From Gekko japonicus (Eukaryota), in contig NW_015166426.1 in assembly GCF_001447785.1 (NCBI RefSeq), forward strand, positions 1,441,419 through 1,505,418: a DNA stretch of 64,000 nt, written 5' to 3'. The position numbers and the translations under genes were made by a program. The notes under the pieces were generated by a model. It ran no database searches. It was not told the DNA's origin and saw nothing but the letters and a program-made list of their open reading frames with translations. Below are positions 1-11,960 of the stretch, in pieces. Numbering within the stretch: position 1 is the stretch's first letter; the number at the start of each line of letters is the position of its first letter.

Positions 1-60
1 CACCAAAGCGGGTGGAGCCTGTGGCTGGCCGGCCTCGGCGATCTCCTCGTTGTCCGACAT
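1..60 (-). CDS. Probable N-terminus of the retrotransposon gag ORF (MSDNEEIAEAGQPQAPPALV...), continuing beyond the window
   Basis: ATG at 60-58, about 40 nt downstream of the PBS, open to the window edge. Only 20 codons are visible, so the identity is inferred from position. Confidence 0.5.
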   Translation of the reverse strand, partial: MSDNEEIAEAGQPQAPPALV

Positions 61-97
61 GGGGTCTGCTCTAGCGGGGCTGCCTACCCGCACTAGA

Positions 98-115
98 ATC
101 CCATCCTCGTCGCCA
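98..115 (-). promoter_or_regulatory. Primer-binding site complementary to the 3' end of tRNA-Ser(GCT)
   Basis: Minus strand reads TGGCGACGAGGATGGGAT. The + strand ATCCCATCCTCGTCGCCA matches the vertebrate tRNA-Ser(GCT) 3' end plus CCA as I recall it. Confidence 0.85.
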
Positions 116-117
116 AT

Positions 118-440
118 TGTTAAGTCGTGCGCTTAACAAAGAGTCGGAGAGTGATTTCAGCAAGAATGCGGTTTATTCTTCAGCTCAGTTACTTCTCCGT
201 TACGGTACAACAATCGCCAGCCAGAACCCATCATCCGAACCAAGACATGCACTGGCTGCTCTATATTTAAACATTCCCGGCTAATGTAGCCACACCCACT
301 GTACAATAAGCAACCTATGAGGTTGAAGCAATAAGGACCAATCACAAGCGATCCCGCTCTGCACGGTGATTGGCAAACATATTCTGGGCTAGGGCTCCTA
401 TTGGTTACATTAGGATCCTAGCCCAGGGCGAAGCTTAACA
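118..440 (-). mobile_element. 5' LTR of an LTR retrotransposon (probably Gypsy/Ty3) whose body runs off the left edge of the window
   Basis: Bounded by inverted termini TGTTAAG (118) and CTTAACA (440). Minus-strand AATAAA (~172-177) and TATA-like TTTAAATATAG (~261-271). A PBS lies 2 nt beyond the LTR end. Confidence 0.85.
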
Positions 441-577
441 TGGCATCTCAATGGCACAGTTCACAAGGCAGTTATATACATCTCAATACATAACACTAAG
501 CTAGCTATTTCTGTCTGGCCCTTGAATCTGTTAAACATCTTCATTATGCTGTATGCTAATTTACTGCTCACCTTCTA

Positions 578-825
578 CCAGTGTGGTGTAGTGGTTAAGA
601 GCGGCAGACCCTAATCTGGAGAACTGGGTTTGATTCCCCACTACTCTACATGCAACCAGTTGAGTGACCCTGGGTCAGTCACAGTTCTCAGAGCAGTTCT
701 CGAAAGAGCTCTCTCAGCCCCACCTACCTCACAGGGTGTCTGTTGTGGGGAGGGGAAGGGAAGGAGATTGTAAGCCGCTCTGAGACTTCTTTGGATAGAG
801 GGAAATGGGTTATCAAAACCAACTC
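578..825 (+). mobile_element. tRNA-derived SINE, Squam3-like
   Basis: A-box TGGTGTAGTGG, B-box-like GGTTTGATTCCC and body CTCTCAGCCCCACCTACCTCACAGGGTGTCTGTTGTGGGG, shared with many copies in this window. Confidence 0.85.
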
Positions 826-935
826 AGAAGAAGTGTGTGTGCACACAAAAGCATACATCTTTGTTGGTCTTAAAGGTGCCACTGGACTCTAACTTTGCTC
901 TGCTGCTTCAGAACAACGCGGCTACTCACCTGAAT
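826..935 (+). mobile_element. Penelope-like terminal fragment with a decayed hammerhead motif
   Basis: TTGTTGGTCTTAAAGGTGCCACTGGACTCTAA is shared with the 34051-34231 element. It is preceded by CAGAAGAAGTGTGTGTGCACACAAAAGC, a decayed CTGAAGA...GAAA. Confidence 0.65.
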
Positions 936-2082
936 AATGGCAGGAATGATGTTTTATCCAATGTCAGCTTTCCCAGCAGCCACATTTAGTATCTTAAATC
1001 CTGTTAACACATCAGGGACGTCTTAGCAAAATGGATGCCTAATAGCCTCATGGCAAATTGTTTTCCATTTGTATCACTCAGCTGGGGGGAAAAAGGATAG
1101 TTTCATAACTCTCATTATGTTCTTTTTAAACTCCAGAGCCCGAATATTTCACTTCCCCCCCCCCCGAAATCATTGCAATGATCTTATTAGCAGTTACTGT
1201 TATGTAACTTGGCTAAGAATTCATTTTCTCTTCTGAATTTTATGCTAGTATAAATGTTAGGAGTGGATTTATCTGCCTTTTTACAATTACGAATGCTACC
1301 CTCAAAGTAAATGGAAGAAGGTAATAGTCATTTGTATGTTCCCCACCATTTACTGTGCTTTTGAAAGTAAGGATGTAGAGTATTAAAGGTCTGCACAGTT
1401 ACCCTTTTTTTCTGCTGGACACTTTTCAGTTGTTCACTTTGCAATTTCTTGCTTTTTGCTCTTGGATTACCTGTCTCATTTGCTACATGCCTGACCAGCT
1501 ATTATCCTGTCCACATTGAGGAAGTTTGCAGAAGCATGCAAAGGTGTTGTTTTTTGCTGATGGCAAATAAATCCAAGGAGGGTTGGCCAAAATCACAGAG
1601 GAAGTTGCTGCCAAGCGTTACTGGCATCCCTGGTTTGTGTGTGTGTTTTTCCCTGCAAAAGCAGGGATGGTAGAAACTGAGCTCAAGGAAGAAAAGAAGT
1701 GGAATTAAAATGAAGAAGTAAGGGCAGCACACTGGCAGGCGAGAAGAACTTTCCTGTGTGACTTTGCAGATGTCCAGTTCATTGCTTAAACTGGGCTGTT
1801 ACACATGCAATACTGTTGTGCATATAGTAGTAATGTGCTGGTGCAATGCTCTTCCAGGATTTACTGTCTGTGGGGTGCTGAGACTGCGTGCACAATGGTT
1901 GAAGGCCCAGCTTAAGCAAGATTTGGGTGTGTGGGTTGCATGTGTCAGTTCTTCTGTCCTGTCAAATCAGGCCCAATGAAATGCATCATGGGGTGTAGAT
2001 ACTGGCACTGGGTGACCAGAATATTGATGTTGATGGGCAATAGTAACCACAGCAGGGGATATGAAGCTGTGGTGCCCATTTA

Positions 2083-2746
2083 AGCCACGCGGTCAGGGTT
2101 TTTTTTTTTTTTAAATGCCATTGTGCATGCCCATATGCACTTCATTGCGTGCTTGCTTTCCGCGCATGTGTGGAATCACATGGTTAAAGCATACCCAACT
2201 TCTTTCAGTTTCTGTTCTGATGCAGACAGCCAGGGCTGGATGAAATGAGTCCCGGCCATCCCCCCCTGCCCTGGAGATCTGGGTCAGTGGAGGGACTACT
2301 TTGCTTGGGGAAAGACCTATGTTGTCCTCCCTCGAGGTCCAATTTCAATTAACGAAGTTTATCAATTTAACGGCCCATTGATTAACATGAAATTGTCCTG
2401 AACTCTTAAACGGAGCTCTGCGGCTATTGCGCATTTATGTGTTTATGCATATATCACTTGGAGATTTTTTTAAAATGGCGGCCATTCAGGATGGTCTGGA
2501 GCAGACCATCCCGACGGGCTGATTGCATGCTGGAATGATCAGACGGAGGAAAGTCCGTCATTGGCCCGTCGGCAAGCAACAGCACCAGACTTTCACCAGT
2601 ATCTTTTAAGTACAATTCCCTGGTGGGGCAAAATGGGCTGATCATGGAAGCGGCACCTTTCCTAGATGTCGCTGTCTGATCATTCCCTTTTAATCCGCCA
2701 GGCATTCGTGCCTGGGTCGGATGTAAAGACCCGTCTGAACGTGACC
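2083..2746. mobile_element. Probable non-autonomous DNA transposon (Harbinger-like); left end uncertain
   Basis: CpG-rich block ending CCGTCTGAACGTGACC|TAA, similar to the right end plus TAA of the 25725-26258 element. No clean left TIR found. Confidence 0.35.
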
Positions 2747-3016
2747 TAAGTCACACCCAGCAGTACAGTATCGGGGAGGGGATTTTTAAAAAAAATCTCT
2801 CAGATATATCCTATCTCAGGCAATCTTTTCTTGAGGCAGAGGCTCTTATTCTTCCTCAGGTGCAGGGGAGGGCTGGCCGGAAACACACTTTCCCTTAATG
2901 CAGCAGTTTTGTAGGCAAAAGTTCTTTTACTGCCTAATGCAAGTGGGCCTAGGCAACGGGTTGTCCTCAGCTGAAAATACTTCTCCTCAGCAAGCAGCAG
3001 CAGCATGAAATGCAGA

Positions 3017-3222
3017 GGGGCTGTGGCTTAGTGGAAGAGCCTCTGCCTCGTGTGCAGATGGTCCCAGGTTCAATCCCTAGCGTCTCCACTTAGAAGGACC
3101 AGGTCACAGGTAATGTGAAAGATGTCTGCCTGAGACCCTGTGGAGCCACTGTCAGTCTGAGTAGACAATACTGATCTTCATAGACTGGTGGTCTGATTCA
3201 GTATAAGGCAGCTTCATATGTG
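3017..3222 (+). mobile_element. tRNA-derived SINE with a CR1-like tail (Squam2-like)
   Basis: GGGGCTGTGGCTTAGTGG A-box, GGTTCAATCC B-box and tail GGTCTGATTCAGTATAAGGCAGCTTCATATG. Related copies or fragments at ~10675-10857, ~43195-43266 (-) and ~51430-51550. Confidence 0.75.
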
Positions 3223-4307
3223 ACATGTGGTAGATTTCTATTCGCCAGTTGGCAGGAGGATAGAGATGAGGGCTTTTCCCATTATTTACATGCTTTGCAT
3301 GGTAAATGGTCATCTGTATTTACTCGCTGTCTCTCAGGTATTGTCTGCCTGTCAGAATTACAGATGGAGACTGCGGTATTGTATATTGCTGTTGTTAGTT
3401 TCTTTAAGTGCGTGAACAACTGAAATTACTTCTGTGCTGAGCATACCTTAATTTTAATACTTGATTCAAAGTAAGGGCATATGACTCAGCTGAACAAATT
3501 ACCAGGGTGCGGGAGGTATTGCTAAATATTTGTATGATTTCTGATGCTGTTTTGTGTCCTTTTATTCCCATAGCAGCATACCATTTTTCTTTCTTATCCT
3601 CACCGCCATTCAGTTTGATTGGCTGTGACAACCCATGTGGTCTGTAGGCATCTATGACATTATCATGGGATCATGATGTCATCAGCATAACCTCATGAGT
3701 CACCAGCGTCAAAGCAATTAAGTGGCAGTAATAGTCAATAAGGGCGAAGGACATTGATGGCAAAGAAGAAAGGACACAGGAGATGCTACATAACCCCAAA
3801 ATAAAATGAGACTCTTTCTCACTCAACTTTAGGAATGAATGTTTGGCATCCTTAATTCACAGGTCATTGAGTGCTAAACCTTACTTTTCTTACCTCATCT
3901 GAATGTCATCAGCATTACTTGGCTATGATAACCAGCCTTTCTCGCTATATGGAAAGATTATGTGTTGCAGAAACAATGGGTGAAAATTCCACTTTTTGAC
4001 AATATTCCCAATGACCGTAAAACATAAGCCTAACCGTTATGGAGTGTTGTTGTTCCCATTAGAGCTGTTGTCATAAGAGGGAGTTTTAAAGTGTTTCCTG
4101 AATAGTGAACAAACACATTTGTGAAGTATTTGCTCATTGGAAATTCAGCTTGATAGTACAAACAGGTCCCAGGGGCATCTTACAAAAGCACCCTATGAGT
4201 CTAAAACACATTTGGGTCTTAAAAAAAATATGCATGAGGTGATAAAGCACACACAAGGTAGATGCCGAAGGAGAAAAGTAAAAGTGTCTATGTTAATGTG
4301 TTACCCA

Positions 4308-4685
4308 CAGGGCTATTTTTGGGCAAGAACGCACAGGAATGGAGTTCCGGCTGGCTCCTTGGTCATGCCCAGCAGGAACTCATTAGCATAATAGGCCACA
4401 CCCAACAGCAGAAACTCATTAGGATTGGTATGTGGCCTAACATGCAAAGGGTTCCTGCTACAAAAAAAGCCTTGGGTTTTGACAACAAACAAGGTAAACA
4501 GAATAAGAAGCAAAAGGTGATTGTGGCTGGATGACTACACTTCTGGTAATGTGGGATGTGGCCTAATATGCTAATGAGCTGCTCTGTCGGGGGTGTGGCC
4601 TAATATGCTAATGCATTTCTGCTGTTGGGTGTGGCCTGTTATGCTAATGAGTTCCTGCTGTGCTTTTTCTACAAAAAAAGCCCCG
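4308..4685. mobile_element. hAT-type MITE (composite) with subterminal GTGGCCTAATATGCTAATGAG repeats
   Basis: 8-bp TSD GTTACCCA (4300-4307 and 4686-4693). Termini CAGGGCTATTTTT ... AAAAAAAGCCCCG, with an internal duplicate terminus near 4460-4474. Confidence 0.8.
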
Positions 4686-4714
4686 GTTACCCACATAAGA
4701 GGTACGCTACCTGA

Positions 4715-4810
4715 AAGTCAGAACAGCTAAATCTGAGTCCAGAAGCACCTGAGAAACCAATGAGAAACCAGTCACAGCTTTCCAGTCAAAGCTCCTTTCA
4801 TCAGAAGGTC
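4715..4810 (-). mobile_element. Penelope-like fragment with a hammerhead-like core
   Basis: Minus strand CTGATGAAAGGAGCTTTGACTGGAAAGCT. The adjoining sequence resembles 16585-16692. Confidence 0.5.
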
Positions 4811-5681
4811 AGAAGTACCAGTTCTGTCCCTTGCATTTCTCATGGTGCCTGTTGTCAAGAGAGATGGAGGTGAGGGACAAAGTGTTCCAAGAGCAATGAT
4901 TGTGCACAATAAACCCGGAGCGTGACATGGTGATGTCAGGGGCTCTGCTGACTTTCCTGCTTGGATGACCTTGATAACAAAGAAGCATGTTTCAGTAAAA
5001 GCCTTTGATGTAAATGGCAATAACAGTGTACATTCCAGGAACGCTGCCAGCCTCACCAGGGTTGCTTTTTTTTTGTCCTAGAAATTCACAAACTGCGCTT
5101 TAAGCATGTAAGAGGCTGTATCCACACCCCCAAAATACTCCATCGACTACAAAGAGTTGTCCTAAAAGGTATCTCAGCTCTAAAAGTCTCTGTGCTTGCA
5201 AGTCAGTGTTTTGGAATAGAGCAGCCAATAATTATGGTACTGTCCCATGCCAAAACAGGATGTTGGTTCAGAGTTGTTGTGACGACAAAAGTGCTCACGA
5301 TCACAATCCAACACAAAGCGAAACAATCTTATTGATTCAATTGAGTCGAAGGGTGCTTGTTCTGTATGAAATTGTTGCCAGGATGCAAATCTACAAAACA
5401 ACAAAGAAGGATAAATCACTGAAAATGGTGGAATGAGACACAACTGCATTATATAAGTAAATTTTTCAGAGCGTCACATCAGTGTATCTGCACTGTAAGA
5501 GGTTCTGCCCTTTATATACAGATGTTTGCTTAAATTGTAGAAGTCACTCTTTGATAGGATTGTTTATGAGTCCACTTTTCAAAAGCTGGCTTTTACGTTT
5601 TGGGTGGAAGGATGGGTAGACCACTAAACAGGAGAGGTGCAGTGGCCTCCGGTCATAAATAATGGTTGGTATGTTTCACCA

Positions 5682-5892
5682 GCCCTGACCTGGATTGCCC
5701 AGGCTAGCCCAATCTTGTCAGATCTCAGAAGCTAAATAGGGTCGGCCCTGGCTAGTATTTGGACGGGAGGCCTCCAAGGAATACCAGGATCATGATGCAG
5801 AGTCAGGTAGTGGCAAACCACCTCTGAACATCTCTTGCCTTGAAAACCCTATGAGATCGCCATAAATCAACTGTGGCATGAGAGCAAAAAAA
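5682..5892 (+). mobile_element. 5S rRNA-derived SINE with an RTE/Bov-B-type tail (5S-Sauria-like)
   Basis: The 5S-like AGATCTCAGAAGCTAA..GGGTCGGCCCTGG.TAGTA.TTGGA.GGGAG head is followed by a non-5S body and a TCGCCATAA.TC..CTGTG tail. About 15 copies occur in the window. Confidence 0.85.
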
Positions 5893-7199
5893 ATATGGTG
5901 CACCACGGAGGGGAGGAAGGGCAGAGTCCAGTAGTGGCACCTTCTGCGGATTGTGCTTCCAGTTAATTCAATCAGAATTACTGTAGGATAATAAGCAGAC
6001 CATTTTATTTCAAAAGAACAGCTTCTGAAATCACATTCCTTCTAACAGCTGATATATAGGGACAAAGTGTTTGGGAAAGCATGCCTTTACAGTATCTGCT
6101 GTGATCTACAGTCACACTTTATTTCCTTCCAAGTCTGCATAAGAAGGGGGTCCAAATTAATACCAGGCCTTCTGTGATGCTGAAACAACAGTGGTAGGGA
6201 GTTGTTTATTGCTCTTTCACCTTATACTTTTCTGTTCCCGGATGGTTGATTCAGTATATGTAGGTTTCTTCCTATCCCCCCAGGAATGCTTTTTAATCAA
6301 ATAAAACATACTGTGTATTCTATGGAGTATAGCACGACATGGCACATAAATAACCTGTACCCTATCAGAAAGAGAGCAAATGCAGTGCATCCATAATAAA
6401 AGCAATAGATAAGCAATTGTATAATACGAGACCGGACTGCTACCAAGAGGCGCTGGGCCCAGACATAAATTAGAAGGCATGAGTTGTACACCACACTGTC
6501 TGCAAGATGGAATGTCTTTGCACCGCATTCGTTAGTATTTTGTACACATGGACAAAAGGAACACGAGGCACAGCTTTTGCCATCTTACAAACAGTGGGAA
6601 GTACTTATGCAATGCCTACAGCCAACCAAAGAAACAAACTGGAATCCAGCAGAGATCTGAAACCACTAGCTGCCTGGGCATGGGGTAACCCCCTCTTCCG
6701 TGGCAGTCTTCTGGCAGGGAAGAACTGTTGTCTGCAGTTTCTTGTACTACTCCAGAGCGCTTCCTGCGATCCTAACAAGCTACTTGACATGGTTGGCTGG
6801 GGTTCTTACTTATGAGCAGATCTGCTGGGGAAGTCTGCCTTTTGGTGAGTGACAAAAGGGGGATTCCAGTCCTCCTTTGAGAACAAATGTGTCTGGGAAC
6901 AGCTGTAGTCTGCCCTTACAAACAGCATGCTGGAGCCCTTCACAGCCAGTGATTCCAGGGATATACATAATGTTCTTCACACCATCCCTTTGATTCCAGA
7001 CGCACAAGGACTAGTGTTGGAGAAGTGAATGTCTCTTTAATTAACCACTCACACTTTGCCAACCAAATTCATGAATGGGAAGGATTGAATCAGCTACCCC
7101 CGGAAACATAAGTGATTTGGAGACATTGTAACCCCAGTCCAGTTAAATAACCCTCTGGCTTTCTGCACCAGCTAGAGCTTCTGAACTGATCTTCACTCC

Positions 7200-7430
7200 A
7201 GACATGGTGCCTTGGCTTTAAAAGGGGGTTAGACAGATTCATAGAGAATAGGTCCATCAGTGACTACTTCTGAAATCCTGTGCAAGGGGAGTACATCAAA
7301 GGAGGGCCTTGGCCTCTATGCCCTGTTTGTTGGCCCTCCAGAGCGATGGGTTGGTCATTCTATGGAATGGGATGTTGGCCTAGATGGACCAGTTGTCTGA
7401 TCCAGCAGGGCTCTTCTTATGTTCTTATGC
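7200..7430 (+). mobile_element. CR1 LINE 3' end fragment
   Basis: GGCTTTAAAAGGGGGTTAGACAGATTCAT ... GTCTGATCCAGCAGGGCTCTTCTTATGTTCTTATG (CR1 octamer tail). Confidence 0.8.
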
Positions 7431-8609
7431 TTTTTGACATTTTTTTCCTTCCGATTCCTTTTACCAATGATTGATGGTTTTATGGATAACTGCCATAATT
7501 CTGTTTTATTATTAGAGCTTTAATCTTCTGGTTATTTTTTCTGTTTTAGAATTTTTACTTGCAAAATATCTGCTGTTTTTAGTAGAAGGGTCTAGTATAA
7601 ACCTTTGAAACAACTTCACAACTCCCTTTTTTACTTATTTCCTGTCTGCAGCCCAACCATGTGGTATAGCTAGTCCTGAGCATGTAACCCTTCTGCGTGT
7701 TGGGAGGGAGAGAGCAGGCATGAGTCTGCTGGCTTTGGTCTGCTTTAAATAACAGTGAGCTGTTTTCAGCAGTCCCTCCATGTGGAGCAGATTGCAGAAG
7801 CTGAACCTGACTAAAGCATGGATGATGGTTGGCTAGGTCCCATTAGTGTAAAACAGGTCATGGTCCACAAGCTAGAGTAATCTGATGAAAAGCATGCCTG
7901 GCCACATCTGTCACTTCAGCTCCTGGCAGCATAGCTGGCCTGAGTATATACTTCACAAGGAGCTTAGCAACATCACAAGAAAGCAGCTTTGAGACAGCCA
8001 ATTCTAGATGTGCTATTGCTGCCATGTATTCTCATTTCAGTTCTCAAATTCAGTACAATTCATCAGAACTGAGGGCACAGGATTTCACAAAATGTCAAGT
8101 ATTCTCCCACATCAACAAACTGAAATCACACGCCAATATTTTACTCTCCTGAGTACTAAAAAGAAGGGGGAGAAATTGGACCTTAAAATTTTTTATGCAT
8201 GGTCTTTCTTCTTGAGTGAGCTGTAAGGCACAAATTGAGACCTACTGGGACATAAAATATGGCAAAGCATATATAAGAACAAATAAAAGCACTTATAGAA
8301 AAGATATATTGCACAGCCTGCTGAAATGAAGACCATAGATCACATAATGGATATAAAATGTGTCACATGGTGTAATAAACATCTGCTTGGATATAAATTT
8401 TGCCAGGTTTGATAGATAAAGCACAAAAAAATTGGTATAGCACTGGCATCATGTAAGTGATGGCATAGTACAATGTGTTTTGATCCAGCATCTATCATAA
8501 AAGGTTTGTTTGATAGGGAAAAAAGGATAATTCTACCAAGCCATATTATCATCCCTTCGAGTGCTATTTTGCCTTTTTTGTCTTCAGCCAGGGCTAGAAC
8601 CAGAAGACC

Positions 8610-8800
8610 CACGGTGTACATAAGTACCGTCGAGTCTGAACTGACCCATAGTGACCCCAGCAAAGGGCTTTCAAGGCACATGAGAAGCAGAGGTGGTTTG
8701 CCATTGCAGAGTCTTCCTTGGTGGTCTCCCATTCAAGTACTGACCCTGCTTGGCTTCTAAGATCTGACAAGATTGGGCTACACCATGCTGCCTTCCCTTC
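8610..8800 (-). mobile_element. 5S-derived SINE (GGAAGGCAGCATGG head variant)
   Basis: Reverse complement of the 5S head and RTE-like tail. Confidence 0.8.
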
Positions 8801-9352
8801 CAGAAGTCGCACTACAACATTAGAAAGACTAATCTCCATACAAAATACCACCTCTTAGCGCACACTGATGATCCGCCATTTAAGCAGTCTGCCAAAACTG
8901 AGGGACAGTATTTACATCCAGTCCTTTGTCTTTAGAAAGTATTTGCCTGTAGAAGGGACATTTGCTTCCTAAAGAATTATTTCAAGTACATCCCGTGGTA
9001 ATGCATTCCATAACCACAGGATATTTCCACATTGGAATTACTAAGTGTTCCAGTTCAAGACGATGGCCGCACACACCTGTTATTGAATACTGTGTTGTAT
9101 TGCTGCAGCAGTCATTCATAACTTGGTTATCCTGTTGGACAAGCTGATCCATTTTCAAATGATTGCTATAACACAACGATGGTGCAATATCCAACTGTGT
9201 TGATGTAGGCCATGCCACACATTTTCTGTACAGCACAGGCTATGGAATCAAAGGGACGAACAGTCTGCCTTGCCATTGGCTAATGGGCCAACAAGTGTTG
9301 GAAGTCTGTACCTCTTTCTCCTAGCAAATTCTCCTGAGTTGATACAATAATG

Positions 9353-9645
9353 CCAGTTTGGTGTAGTGGTTTGGTGTAGTGGTTTGGTGTAGTGGTTAAG
9401 TGCGTGGACTCTAATCTGGGACAACCGGGTTTGATTCCCCACTCCTCCACATGCAGCTGCTGGATAACTTTGGGCAAGCCATTGTTCTCTCAGAGCTGTT
9501 CTCTCAAGAGCAGTTCTCTCAGAGCTCTCTCAGCCCCACTGACCTGACAGGGTATCTGTTATGGAGAGAGGAAGGAAAGGAAATTGTAAGCCACTCTGAG
9601 ACTCTGAGTGAAGGGTGGGGTATAAATCCAATCTCTTCTTCTTCA
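9353..9645 (+). mobile_element. Squam3-like SINE (long form with GAGCTGTTCTC insertion) with a triplicated 5' 13-mer
   Basis: (TTTGGTGTAGTGG)x3 at 9357-9395, Squam3 body and (CTT)n tail. Confidence 0.85.
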
Positions 9646-10289
9646 CTAGATATTTGAGTATATTTGTGAAATATTTAGGTGTTGTCTTTTTTAGATTCAC
9701 CCACATCTCCTTTAAGACACATTTGTAACTATTTATGCAAACTACTCAGAGCCTTCAATGAATAGATAAGGATATAAATCTAACAAACAAGTTAAAATAA
9801 ATATTTACTAAATGGAAGCGTCTAGGAGCAAATATTGTCCCTAAAGACTTAGCAACCTCAAAAGGACAATTGAACTGCCATGGGTTTGAATGGGTAAGGG
9901 AAATTTCCCAAGTTGTACGTAATTCCACAAACTCAGTTGTACTTCAACAACAGTTTGAGGCTCATTTGTCACTGTTTACAGTGAATGTCAGATTTGAGCT
10001 AAAGGTTTTCAGGGGAAATAAATCTGTACTTGAAGAAAAGGGAGCTCTGGAAAGCCAAACTATATAAATCAAAGTAGACCTGTTCCCGTCCTATTCAAGC
10101 CCCCAACATCTTTGAAGAATTCTTTTGAAAGGGCTAAAATTCTCAAGGTACAGAGAGCAGCGAGATCTGGCAAAGCTGCACAGTGATGTGTGGGGCAATT
10201 TACAAGGAAGGGAGAAGGTCTGAACAGAACAGTTTAAAGTTCAGTGTTCAGAAACGAACCCATACGGCAATGATAGTGCAGAGAGCCTG

Positions 10290-10496
10290 GTGTGATTCCC
10301 TCTAAGCTGTTGAGTCTTGTGAGCAAAAATTCTACTTTGTGAGCTACTGGCATTAAAGTTGTGAGCGAGCGATTTGCCTGCTGCATAAATTAGCTTGCTC
10401 TGGAGCCATCCTTCCTGAGCTAAGGCAAAAATGTCTGAGCCGGAGGCTAAAAAACTGTGAGCTAGCTCACACTAACTCAGCTTAGAGGGAACAGTG
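10290..10496 (-). mobile_element. ~206-bp hAT MITE (CAGTGTTCCCTCTAAGCTG family), copy 1
   Basis: Reverse complement of the copies at 12759, 30400, 40325 and 41013; termini partly decayed. Confidence 0.85.
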
Positions 10497-10991
10497 ATTT
10501 TGGATTGTTTATTTAGTGAAATACATGCTTGATTGATATCAGACATTGTACTCTTTTCCTAAAGAGCCTCTTTAGAGTTTTTTAAAAAGTTCCATCACAT
10601 AAAAGAGACTTTTATTGAACGTATGTAGTCTATGATGAGCTGGAGAATATTTGCAGCATAGAGGCCCTACGTCCAGAAGCTCCTGCTCTGCGTGCGGAAA
10701 GTCCCAGGTTCAGTCTCCAGCACCTCCAGTTAAATAAGAATCAAGTGGTAGATCATCAGAAAGTTGTCTTCTAGAGACCCTGGAGAACAGTTGCTAGTAA
10801 GGGTGGACAGTACTGCCTAGATAGATCAGTGGTCAGATTAAGGTAGACTCATGTATGAGTCATGCTGCGGTAACTGATGCTTCTTCACGGACAAGGGGAT
10901 CTGCTCCTACGTGGATATTTATAAGCAGATATTATAAAAGGAACTGTTAGCTCTCTGGTGGTCTCTCATCAAAAATGAAATAAAAAGTGTA

Positions 10992-11960
10992 ATAAGAACA
11001 TAAGATGATTCCTGCGGGACCATATCAACATCTAGTTTAGCATTCTGTTTCATACAATGGCCAATGAAAAACAAAAAATTGCTGCAAACGTGCACACAGA
11101 AGTAAATTACACAGAAGTAAATTAGATTCTAGTACTGATAAATTTCATGATGTATAGTCTTTATATTCAACAGGTGAACAGACTGGCAGACGAACTTCTC
11201 GAGTTAATGCTCGTTTCGAAGTGTCTTTCTCAAATGAGTCTCCTGTCAACATATAATTTCAGATAATAACAGGGAACCCTTCAACCAGATATAAAAATTG
11301 ACAATACTAAAATAACTTAATAATACATGATACATACAATTTTACATCCATGTGCAATAAAGTCGACAATGAAGTCTTGAATCTGCAAATAAAGCAATTG
11401 CATTTATAAACTGTATGCTCAGTATCATTATTATGCTATAATAAATGAATAAAATTTTCTCAAAAAATCTTACCAAAGCGGTCTTCTCCCCAAAGCTATA
11501 TAGCTACAAGCATAACATCTCAAATGGACAGATAAGTCTTAAATGACTGCTTGTATCACTTCCAATATATACATAACCAAGGTCACATGCCTCTATCAAT
11601 GACAATGCCAACTTATCAAGTGTAACAATGTGCATAATATACTTATATCAAATCATTTGTGAAGAAGCCAGGAGTACATACTGAATTAATATAACAATAA
11701 GGAATTCATACAACATAAGAGAATCACTGGCCTCATACAATGGCCAACCAGTTGTCCTTCGAGGAGGGCCAACAAACAGGGCATAAAGGCCCTCCCCAGT
11801 GTTGCCTCTCACAACTGGATTTCAGAGGTTTGCTGTCTCTGATATGAAAGCTCCCTTTACTCGCCATAACTAGTAGCTGTTGGTAGAGCTATCCTGCAAA
11901 AAACTGTCTAACTGCCTTTTAAATCCACCTGTGCTCATGGCCATCACTACATCTGGGTGA
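10992..11960 (-). mobile_element. Old CR1 3' fragment interrupted by the 11065-11732 insert
   Basis: TAAGAACATAAG tail at 10992. CR1 3' UTR sequence resumes at 11748, after the duplicated 15-mer. Confidence 0.7.
11065..11732 (-). mobile_element. Non-coding AT-rich retroelement insert with a hammerhead-like motif (Penelope/Neptune-like)
   Basis: 15-bp TSD TCATACAATGGCCAA (11050-11064 and 11733-11747). Minus-strand hammerhead-like core at 11180-11241. Confidence 0.65.

Noticed and set aside
578-650. tRNA genes at SINE heads
   Set aside because: A and B boxes only; no full cloverleaf, and each is followed by SINE body.
6340-7050. Possible pseudogene or exon among overlapping 60-100 aa ORFs
   Set aside because: No recognisable motif or convincing splice-site pair; cannot be supported without a search.
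9357-9395. CRISPR-like or other spaced arrays
   Set aside because: Only short unspaced tandem duplications in eukaryotic DNA; no repeat-spacer array or cas genes.
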